From: Lytechinus pictus
Taxonomy: Eukaryota
Assembly: GCF_037042905.1 (NCBI RefSeq)
Contig: NC_087247.1
Span: 13,330,001 to 13,394,000 of the forward strand
Direction of reading: 5' to 3'
Length of the DNA stretch: 64,000 nucleotides
Shown: positions 38,673 through 50,600 of the stretch, in pieces
How positions within the stretch are numbered: position 1 is the stretch's first letter
How the letters are laid out: each line of letters opens with the position of its first letter
The notes under the pieces: generated by a model
Told to the model about the DNA's origin: nothing
Database searches by the model: none
The model's input: the letters and a program-made list of their open reading frames with translations, nothing else
Position numbers and translations under genes: made by a program

Positions 38673-41600
38673 ATGGCCACAACAGGATTCTGTCGTCCAA
38701 TTTTGGCTAGAAAGTGTAGGATCTTACAGTCAGATTTATTCAGTAATCCTGTATGTTTTTGTGTTCGGAATGCCTCAAGAAACTCTCGCAGATCCCAGAA
38801 GAAAAATAAGAATTCAGGTAAGAAACTAAGGCCAGTCCCACTCATTTCAATGAATGACATTTGACAAGGCAAGGTTTGGTTGGTTGGTATTGGAGTTAAG
38901 TTGGCGCTCTTCAATCTGGTAGATTATCTGCGCCAGGTCGTTTCCGAGTTAGTTGCTTAATTCCCGCATCAATGTCCTCGGCGTTGGACTAGTCTGACCT
39001 GTCATATAGCGAGGTGCAATATAATTATGATTAGTTACCACCACCATTAAATTGTGCGTTTTTGTACTTCATAGTAATAGTTAGACCAAAAGCTTCGGTC
39101 TCTGTTAATAATGTTGGTTGTTCAGCTGAACTCCGTTGGCTTCACTCACCAAATAAAAAAAATAAAAAAATGTTAAAAAACTCCTCGAAACAGACGGCTG
39201 CCAGCTGTCTAAGTAATAGTATGCAAACTTATATAAGAAGCTAGGTCGAAGCTCAATTTTAGTAGTATCACTAATCATCAGAACAAAAGGATGAGAGAGA
39301 GATGGAGAGAGATCAGTGGAATATTCTTATTCGAATCTCTTTGTTTTTTTCACGTAATTCAGGATGACTTTATAATCTGCATTTCTTCCCAATAATGTTG
39401 CTAGATCTGATAGTGATATTGGCTTGTTTAATTTCAGGCTTCTTTGCATAATTCTTCTTTCTCTTTCATATTTCTTACATTGTAGTAAAAAATGTTCTAT
39501 TGTCTCAGGAACCTGACAATGGGAACATAGACCATTTTCATGTTGATTAAATTTATACAGATAATAATTCAATTTACATTTTCCGAGTCTTAAACGGTGT
39601 ATCATAGTCTCTTCAAACCGAATGAGACCTTGATAACTAATTGTATCTGCCACGTTGGGTTGGATGCTAAATAAATGTCTTCCTTTAGATGAGGATACCC
39701 ATTGAGCCTGCCAGATTTCTTTATAAATCAAAGACATGTGGGTTTTCCATTCCTCATTGATATATGGAATGTTTAATTCAACTTGTTCTTTTGATGTGTC
39801 GTGTAGCTGCCTTTCTTAAACTACACGTGGAAATTCTTAATTGCTTAGTTCGAACACGCTAATTGAAGACTCAAACAACGGCTTTACAGTTACTTGTCTG
39901 TTTATTCCTTCTTCAACTTCTTCCGTAATAATGACGACACATAAATCAACAACTTGACATCAAATACGGCCTTGTAATGAAGTTTCTAGGTCGACATAAC
40001 CAACGACCAGCGAAGAAACCTTTAACCATGCAGCATCAACTGTCAACAACCAGTACTTCAACAATTGCACGACGATTGAGCGATTGAGCGGTAATTGAGC
40101 GATTGAGCGGTAATTGAGCGGTAATTGAGCGGTTCGCTGAATAAACAAATAAACATATAAACACAGTGTTAATATTCATTTGCCAACAGTAACATAATTC
40201 AAACATGACTGAATAACTTGTAAATAACTTCTTATATACCCACAGGGAATAAGTCTCAATGATACTAATGCAATATACAACGGTCAAGGATATTAACGTG
40301 ATTAAAGGAAACCTCAATAATTGATCATATTATTTGAGTTGAATAATTGTTTGGTAAACAATAATAAATTGGTAATCAATAACTGTAATCAATATCAGAT
40401 TAAATCTGAATATGTGCAATATAAACTCATTATCTTGTTGGCCTAATAATTGTAATTATAGTTAATAAACATCTTCATCCCTTTAATGCCCTTATTATCT
40501 TAAAGCAAATAATACTGAAATTAATATAGGCAAACAGAAAATATATAACAGACACTTACTAATAACTGGTTAAATACTAATAAACCATGATGAATCATAA
40601 TATATGTGATTCCTAAACTAAACCAAACAGTACTTAGATATGTTTATAATAACATAATATAGTAATAGAGTAATAACCCAATGATCTCATGCCTAAGCTA
40701 GGAGACCCTACCACCCTACACAATATATAACACCAGTTGACTACTTACAACTAAATGAAGTGAGCATTATATCACTCTCAGAAAATAAATGCAATATAAT
40801 CTTCTTGTGTAATCAAATTAAGAATAAGTTCATGTGAACATAATAGCACACAATAATACGAAGCATAATTATCTCTTTATAACATATTAATAGTAATTAA
40901 ATCTGACTGAACACCAATCACCTTCTATTGGTTTGTGTGTACATGTATACATTATGAAGTAATGCTCGATAGAGAGCAAAATGCCAAATTCCATCACTCA
41001 AATTTGAGCCAAAATTACATAAATGTGAATGACTTATGAAACCCAGTATTATGGAATAATTGACAGCACATATATAAACTTTGAAAATAATGCAATTTAA
41101 ACTTACCAACTGTTTGCAATCCTGGAGAATTTCACAATTTATAGGAATAAATACAATTTCTTGACTATCTTCTTCTGAATCTTTGCGACTTCTGAATCTT
41201 ACTTTCTTTGTTCTATACTTTGGGTGATGCTTCACCCATATGACTCATCTTCTCCTGGACTTCTTGGAATCAAGGAGCACAATAAGCAATGCGCTGTGTA
41301 CAATCTGGCATTGACATTTTTTACTTTCTTTTTCCACTGACTCTGTATACAAGATACATGCATGTAAACAGTACATAATAATGGCAAATATACCAAATTA
41401 TATTCATGCCGCTACATACCCGGCCCCAAATGAGGCAACCACCAGTTACTCATTTCATTAAACCATAAACATGTAAAGCGGCATCATTAACCAATACCAT
41501 ACTTAACGATATAAACATAACATAGTAATAAAAAACAACAATGAAATTAAAATATACATCAAATCAATCTTACAACAATCATTAATGTAACAATAATAAG

Positions 41601-44600
41601 GAGGGTGTGGTCCCTACTAGGTCTTATGTCGGGCGTATGTCAATGTATCCTAATCGTTGCTCTCTAAAAAACATAATTTAGAAATTGGTCGTTTATAGTA
41701 TTTAGATTCTACCCTAACTTCAACTTGTCTAACGAGTCTGTGTCTGTCTGGGTAGGTCATAGTCACTCTACCTAGTGGCCAGTGCCCACGAGGAGCAGTG
41801 TCATCAGCTATGAGTACAAGGTCGTCAGTCTGGAAGTTTCTTTGTGGTTTAAGCCACCTTTGGCGTTCTTGGAGCAAGGGAAGGTATTCCTTTGTCCAAC
41901 GCCTCCAGAACTGTCCGGCCAGATATTGAGTTTGTCTCCATCTTCTTCGAGTATAACAATCACTCTTATCAAATACCCCTGGTGAAAGTGACTGATTTCT
42001 TCTCATGAGAAGAAGATGGTTCGGAGTTAGCGGTTCCTCATCTTTTGGATCCGCGCTTAAGGGTGTCAATGGCCTAGCATTGAGGATTGCTTCTACTTCA
42101 GACATGAGTGTGCTGAGAGTTTCGTCGGTTACAGTCTGAAGCTTGAGAAGATTTCCCAATATCTTCCTAACTGACCGGATTACTCTTTCCCAAACACCAC
42201 CCATGTGGCTCGCACCCGGAGGATTAAACGCCCATTCAATCCCTCGCTGAGTTAGAAAGCGACCCACCTTTGTTGAATTGAGCTCTGCTAGGCTCTGTTT
42301 TAGTTCTTTATGTCCTGCTCTGAAGTTTGTGCCATTGTCGCTAAAGATTTTCTCAGGTAGCCCCCTGCGATTTACAAATCTTCTAAGAGCGTTAATGAAT
42401 GAATCTGTATCCAAGGAGTTGGCTATCTCCAGATGTACAGCCCTAGTTGTCAAACAAGTGAATATACAGCCATACCTCTTTGGCTGGCTCCGTCCTTGCT
42501 TAACACTGAATGGCCCGAAGTAGTCGACTCCGGTGAAGGTAAATGGCGGCCTGCCAGGTGTCACTCTTTCTTTCGGCAAGTCAGCCATCATTTGCCTTCC
42601 TCTTGGTGCATTCCTCTTCCTACATTGAATGCATTTCCCTATGATCCGTCGAACAGTGGAACCCCCCTTCAGGATCCAATATTTCGACCTTAGTGCCGTC
42701 CATGTCATGCCTGCACCAGAGTGACCAACTTCATGATGGTGGTGCTCAATGAGCAGTCTGGTCACATGATGGTTGCTTGGCAATATCATGGGGTGTTTGG
42801 CATCAAAGTCAATAGGTGATCTGTCCAGTCTCCCTCCTACCCTCAGGACATCATCAACTAGGGTAGGGTTCAATTTCTTCATGGAGGACTGTTCAACCCT
42901 TGACTTCTTGTTCTTCTCAAACTCAGCTGGAAAGGCATCCTTCTGAATGTACTTCACTATTTCCAGCTCAGCTTCCGACAACTCGGAAGGTGTCAAATCT
43001 GTAGTCTTCTGAGATGTACCTTTCTTTGTGCGGGCTATCAAGTGTGCCTTGAAGCGAAGGATCCAAGCTACTCCTCTCTTTAATCTATTCCAGGATGAAT
43101 AGCGACTGATCAGATTACTAATGCTGTCTTGAGGCTTGATTGATATGGCATTAGTCCTCTTCATCTCAGGATCATCCTTGAGGTCCTGAGCGGGCAATAC
43201 TCTCTGGTCAGTCGGAGTTAGGAATGCTTCCGGCCAGTCTTCTTCTTGCTTCAGAAGGAAGTTTGGTCCTTGGATCCATCTTGATAGCTGTCCTGCATGC
43301 AATCCTCTTGAGCCATCATCTGCTGGATTGCTCTTGGTATCAACGTAGCGCCACTGTGAAGTGCCACTCTTTTCTTGAATGACAGCTACTCTGTTTGCCA
43401 CAAATGTACGGAATCTCCTACTGGTATTCCTTATGTACAGCAGCACTGAGGTAGAGTCAGTCCAGTATGTGACGCTCCTCACTGGTAGCCTGAGTTCTTC
43501 CATGATGGTTCGACCCAGCTTTACCGCTAGTACTGCTGCTGGCAGCTCCAATCTGGGAATTGTCATCTTCTTCAGAGGACAAAGTCTTGTCTTCCCCATC
43601 ACAAGTGCACTGTGGGTGCGACCAGAATCCTCTATCCGTAGATAGGCACATGCTGCATATGCTCTTTCTGACGCATCACAGAACACATGGAGATCATAGA
43701 CAGGGTCCTTGAAGTCAGATGGCTTGAAACATCTGGGGATGTGTACTGAGGTTAACTCTGGTAACTCAGCCAGCCAGGCTCGCCAGCGTTGCAAGTCCTG
43801 GTCCTTGATCTTCTCGTCCCAGCCAAGACCTTGGGCGCAAAGATCCTGCAAAAGAAGCTTTGCATTTACTGTGAAAGGTGCCACAAATCCAAGTGGATCA
43901 TACAAGGAGCTTGTGGCGGACAGTATACCCCTTCTTGTTGCTGGTACGTCCTTGGGAGAAACCTTGAAGCTAAACATGTCAGAGTCCATGTTCCATAAGA
44001 CTCCAAGTGTTCTCTCTATTGGAAGATGATCCAAATCTAGATCAACTACCGATGCAGCCCTTTCTGTAAGAGGGACTGTTTCCAACACTTCCTTGTCATT
44101 GCTGACCCACTTTGTTAGTCTGAATCCTCCTTTTCTTAGAAGGCTGCATAACTGAGGAATGAGCCTTATCGCTTCCTCTGTAGAGCGAACAGACTTCAGG
44201 CAGTCATCGACATAGAAATTGTCCTTGACTATCTGACAAACTTCTGGCTCAAAGTCCTGCCTGTTGTCTTCCTCAGTCCTTTGGAGTGCAAAGCCTGCAC
44301 AGCTTGGAGACGAAGTCGCTCCAAACAGATGGACTTGCATCTTGTACGCCTTAGGCGTCGTGTCCGTGTTGCCGTTCTCCCACCACAAGAATCTGAGCGC
44401 ATCAGTGTGGGCGGGTGTGACCCTCACTTGGTGGAACATACCCTCCACATCTGCCACCAGTGCTATCTCCTCTTGTCTGAAGCGAAGAAGCACACCAACA
44501 AGCTTATTTGTGTAATCCGGTCCACTCAATAACTGGCTGTTAAGGGAGATTCCTTGGTATTTGGCAGCACAGTCAAATACTACACGCACCTTTTCCGGCT

Positions 44601-47600
44601 TGAAGGGATGAGTCACTGGGTGGTGAGGTAGATACCAGATAGAGCCCTCCTCTTGAGGGTCCTCGTCCACCTCCCTTGCAAACCCTTCGACAAATAATTT
44701 GTCATAGTTTCTGTGTACTTCTGGTGAAGGCTGTCATCCTTCTCCAGTCTTCTCTTTAGAGATTGTAAACGTGACTCTGCTATCTTGTGGTTGTTTGGTA
44801 GAGACGGAGGGAATTGACGCCAAGGTAAACCCATCTCATAATGGCCATCCATAAGACGGATTGTGTCTTCCATCATGGCACGAGCCTTCCTGTCTTCTAC
44901 CGAGTCACCTAATCTTTCACTCTCATCACCAGGAGCATAGTCCAGTTTCCAGAATCTCTGGACTTGCTCTTGCAAATGGTCATCCATTGAGATGTTGTTC
45001 ACCTCAAATGCTCCTTTCCTTCTGCGTCCGGTGGGGCCCATGACTGTCCATCCCAGTGGAGAACGGATAGCATATGGTTCTTTCTTCTTTCCCCTCCTTT
45101 CTTCCTGGACCCAGAAGGCCTCTGGGGTGTCACTCCCTATGAGCAAGGTGATATCCTTCTTGGCAGCTGTTGGAAGCTCTATTCCCTTCAGATGGGACCA
45201 TCTATCTACGTCCTGTTGCCTTGGTATACTTCTATGGGTTGTTGGTAGTGATTCTACCGTCCACACCCTGGGCATATCAATTACATCCCTGTCCTTAATT
45301 CCTTGAATGGAGAAACTAACCTCCTGTCCTCCCCTTTGGGTATTAGTGTTGTTCACCGTGGTCAGTCGGAAGTTTGTCTCCTTACCTTGGATGCCGAGGT
45401 CATCTGCAAGACGCTGTTCGCAGAGGGAAACATCGCTGCCATGGTCCAGCAAAGCCCATGTTGTCACCTCCCTGCCATTGCCTCTAACCTTGACAGGTAA
45501 AACTCGGAGACAAACCTCTTTCTGACCACCAACAGCATTAGTGTCGGCCTGGTTATCTAAGTCAGATCCTTGCCCGGCCCCAGTTTGCTTACCTGTTTCT
45601 TGCCCTTTATCTTTGCCCTTGGTGTACCACTCCATGTGAAGAAGGGTGTGGTGTCTTTTCTTGCACCCATCCTTGCTGCACTTAGGGGTAGCTGTACAGC
45701 CCTTTGCCATGTGCGACCCTTTGAGGCAATTGAAACATAGCCCCTTAGACTTGACAAAGGCAAACCTTTCATCTACTGACTGACCTTTAAATTTGCGGCA
45801 CTTATCAAGCTCATGCTTCTCTGAGCAGCATGGGCATGAGCTCGATTCCTTAGGTTTCTCAGACTTGCTTGTTGTAGTATTAAAGGTCGAAACCTTTGGC
45901 CTAGGCTTCCCCGCAGATGCCTTCTTGTCTTGCACGGCTGGACGCCCTACGCTCTTACCGAACACATTACTCGCCACCTTAGCAGACTCTTCGATGAAGT
46001 CTGTCAGATGGGAGAAGTTGGGCATCACTGATTGCTCCATCAGTGAATGTGCTCGGCTGGCCCACTTGGATTGAATGTGGACTGGGAGAAGATGTTGAAT
46101 CTTCAGTAGGGTATCCGTTGTACTCATATCAGCCGAGTACCCCATCTGAGAAGTTGTCATCTGACACCTCCTCATGTCTCTGGCTAGATCCCACAGACCT
46201 TGGCTGTCCGTGGCCCTGAGTGGTGATCTATTGATGACCTTCTCCATGTGAGCTCTAGCCACTATGTAGTTCCGTCCGAACTGGTCCTGTAGTATTATCC
46301 TAGCTCGGGAATAACCTGTATCGGGATCTAATAATACACAATTTTCTATGGCCTCTCTGGCCTTGTCTGAGGTAAACTGAATTAAGTAAGACAATTTTAA
46401 CCTACTGTCATGAATTCTGTCAGCAATATTAACTTCAAAACTATTCACAAAATTCCAATAATCAATCGGATTGCCTGAGAAAGTTGGCATGTCTGGCTTT
46501 GGCAAACTTAGAGCCATTGCCATCATATTATGATTATACATGTTATTAACTGGGGTCTGAAATGGATTGGGTATGAAGGGTTTCTGTTCTTGTGCTTGGC
46601 TATTAACTTGGTGATTACCATTGTATCCCCTGCTTAACCCTACTCCTTCATTACCCGGCTTATGAATTGTTGTAGTACCTTCACCTACTACACCAGTACT
46701 TACATGTTCATTACCTTTAACATATACATTATCCTTTCGAACATTTGGTACATTACCCTGATGATTTGATTCTCCTTGGGTGGAGAACCACCTTTCTGTA
46801 ATTTGTGCATTGTCCAAGTCCTTGTTAGGTAAGGGCGGAAATCCTGCTTCTGCCCTTTCTTCATTTACTTGTTCTTGCCACATGGTGGCTTCAACCTTGG
46901 CATTTTCCTTGTCATGGTCGATCTTGAGAAGTTCTATTCTTTCATTCAGTTCAAATTGTTCCTGTTGTAATTTAAACTGTTCTCGTCTTAGTCTTTGTTC
47001 CTGTAAGAACTGCTCCCTTTTCTTATTCACCAGCTCCTCCTTCACCCTCGCTGCTCTTAGTTTCACGCTTGATGTATCGCTTACACAAGACACTCTGGAC
47101 ATGGCGCTCCCCCGAGATGTGGTAGACTTTACATCATCCTCGTCGTCTCCAGCTCCAGGTCCAACTCCAGCAAGGGCTTCTGAATTTGGTTTATTTGAGG
47201 GATCCATAATGCAGTTGCGAACTGTCGTGTAGCTGCCTTTCTTAAACTACACGTGGAAATTCTTAATTGCTTAGTTCGAACACGCTAATTGAAGACTCAA
47301 ACAACGGCTTTACAGTTACTTGTCTGTTTATTCCTTCTTCAACTTCTTCCGTAATAATGACGACACATAAATCAACAACTTGACATCAAATACGGCCTTG
47401 TAATGAAGTTTCTAGGTCGACATAACCAACGACCAGCGAAGAAACCTTTAACCATGCAGCATCAACTGTCAACAACCAGTACTTCAACAATTGCACGACG
47501 ATTGAGCGATTGAGCGGTAATTGAGCGATTGAGCGGTAATTGAGCGGTTCGCTGAATAAACAAATAAACATATAAACACAGTGTTAATATTCATTTGCCA

Positions 47601-50600
47601 ACAGTAACATAATTCAAACATGACTGAATAACTTGTAAATAACTTCTTATATACCCACAGGGAATAAGTCTCAATGATACTAATGCAATATACAACGGTC
47701 AAGGATATTAACGTGATTAAAGGAAACCTCAATAATTGATCATATTATTTGAGTTGAATAATTGTTTGGTAAACAATAATAAATTGGTAATCAATAACTG
47801 TAATCAATATCAGATTAAATCTGAATATGTGCAATATAAACTCATTATCTTGTTGGCCTAATAATTGTAATTATAGTTAATAAACATCTTCATCCCTTTA
47901 ATGCCCTTATTATCTTAAAGCAAATAATACTGAAATTAATATAGGCAAACAGAAAATATATAACAGACACTTACTAATAACTGGTTAAATACTAATAAAC
48001 CATGATGAATCATAATATATGTGATTCCTAAACTAAACCAAACAGTACTTAGATATGTTTATAATAACATAATATAGTAATAGAGTAATAACCCAATGAT
48101 CTCATGCCTAAGCTAGGAGACCCTACCACCCTACACAATATATAACACCAGTTGACTACTTACAACTAAATGAAGTGAGCATTATATCACTCTCAGAAAA
48201 TAAATGCAATATAATCTTCTTGTGTAATCAAATTAAGAATAAGTTCATGTGAACATAATAGCACACAATAATACGAAGCATAATTATCTCTTTATAACAT
48301 ATTAATAGTAATTAAATCTGACTGAACACCAATCACCTTCTATTGGTTTGTGTGTACATGTATACATTATGAAGTAATGCTCGATAGAGAGCAAAATGCC
48401 AAATTCCATCACTCAAATTTGAGCCAAAATTACATAAATGTGAATGACTTATGAAACCCAGTATTATGGAATAATTGACAGCACATATATAAACTTTGAA
48501 AATAATGCAATTTAAACTTACCAACTGTTTGCAATCCTGGAGAATTTCACAATTTATAGGAATAAATACAATTTCTTGACTATCTTCTTCTGAATCTTTG
48601 CGACTTCTGAATCTTACTTTCTTTGTTCTATACTTTGGGTGATGCTTCACCCATATGACTCATCTTCTCCTGGACTTCTTGGAATCAAGGAGCACAATAA
48701 GCAATGCGCTGTGTACAATCTGGCATTGACATTTTTTACTTTCTTTTTCCACTGACTCTGTATACAAGATACATGCATGTAAACAGTACATAATAATGGC
48801 AAATATACCAAATTATATTCATGCCGCTACACTCCTTTTTTTGCTAAAAGGTCTGCCACATCGTTCCCGTGAATACCACAATGGGATGGTATCCATTCAA
48901 AATTGACATAAATATCTGATAATTGTAAAACTTTGATTTTATACAAGATATCAACAATAAGATTGTTTTGTATACGATTGCTTTCAAGTGCTTGAAGAGC
49001 AGACAACGAATCTGTAAAAATTACCACGGATATACCTCTGTTATCTCCTAGCCAATCAAGTGCCATTACTATTGCTGTTAATTCGGCTCTCATTATACTT
49101 ACAGAATTTAATCTATAGAATCTTTTAATATCCAGTTCTGGTATATAAAAAGCAGAGCCGGTTCTCTTGTCTTCTTGTTTTGATCCATCAGTGTAGATAT
49201 TTAAGTAACCTTTCCATCTTGTATGTATCCTTTCTGAGACACAGTTTTTCATATCTTGTACTAAGTTACGTTGTTTATTGATAATCTTATGGATATAGTA
49301 AGATATACTAGGTATTTCATATGACCAAAAAGGTTCTCGTAATATTCTTTGGCTTAGTTGTTCAATTTGGATCTCTTCATTTGGCTTACATGCTCTGACT
49401 ACAAAGGGTCCACGACCTGATTTCCAAGTAAATTGATCAATATACCAGGAAGGTTCAATAATTTCTAAAGTAGGATGATGACTATCTCTGTTTGTTAAAA
49501 GATAAAACATGTATTTGTCAACAGACAGTTCTCTTCTTAGTTGTAAAGGTCTTTCACCACATTCTACCTGTAGTGCTTCAAGGGCAGGGTTATATACTGC
49601 ACCAGTTATTATTTTCAGTGACTGATATTGGATTGAATCTAATTCTTGTTTTAGCGAAAGGCTAGCCGAGTCGTATAACTCACATCCGTAGTCTAATATG
49701 GATCTAATAAGACCTTTGTATATTATATAAAGAATCGTTTTATTATTTCCCCAACTTGTTCCTGCTATACACCGTAACAAATTGATTCTTTTTGAACATT
49801 TGAGTTTTATATAATCGATGTGCTTTTTCCAGGTGAGTTTCACATCAAACCAAATACCCAGAAACTTATATTCTTTGTATTGTGGTATAGAGTTATCTTT
49901 AACCTTAATATTTACCTCTATATGCTGCCTATTGGTAAAAATCATAACAGCAGACTTTTGAGGAGAAATAATCATACTCCAGGTTGAGCACCACTGTTCA
50001 ATTTCTTTTATAGCTTTCTGCATTTTCTTTTGTAAAAAGTCAAGATTTCTGCCTGAGCACCATACGGCAATATCATCGGCATACATAGAGATTTTAACAG
50101 ATTTTTTCATCAGTTTTAGATCATTTAACATTAAATTGAACAAAATTGGACTAATAACACTACCTTGGGGCGTTCCATTTTCCAGAACAAATTGTGAAGA
50201 TAACTGGCCATTAATTTTTACCTTGCAATATCGATCTTGTAAAAATGAATTAATCCACTGTAACATTTTTCCTTTTATACCAGCTTGATGACATTTAAAT
50301 ACTAATCCCTTTCTCCATAAAAGGTAGTATGCCTTTTCAAGGTCAATGAAAATAACTAGGACATACTCCTTGTTAGCTAATCCTTTCTGTATGTCCGTTT
50401 CTAATCTAAGGAGTTGATCTAAAGAACTTCTATTTTTTCTAAATCCTGCCTGTGTTGGTGTCAGGATACTGCATCGCTCCATGAACCATACAAGTCTATT
50501 TTTAACCATTCTTTCCATCAGTTTGGAGAAAGTTGATGTCAAGGAAATAGGTCGATATGAAGAAGGGTTTGTTGGGTCTTTACCTGGTTTAAGTACAGGG

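Larger units (their letters stand above)
39797..48831 (-). mobile_element. Full-length BEL/Pao LTR retrotransposon (9.0 kb)
   Basis: Two near-identical TG...CA LTRs, PPT GGGGCCGGGTA before the 3' LTR, and a gag-PR-RT-RH-IN domain order. Confidence 0.96.

Noticed and set aside
40918-41235. 105-aa ORF duplicated at 48333-48650
   Set aside because: It starts at a GTG, lies within the LTRs and has no recognisable domain; the duplication simply reflects LTR identity.
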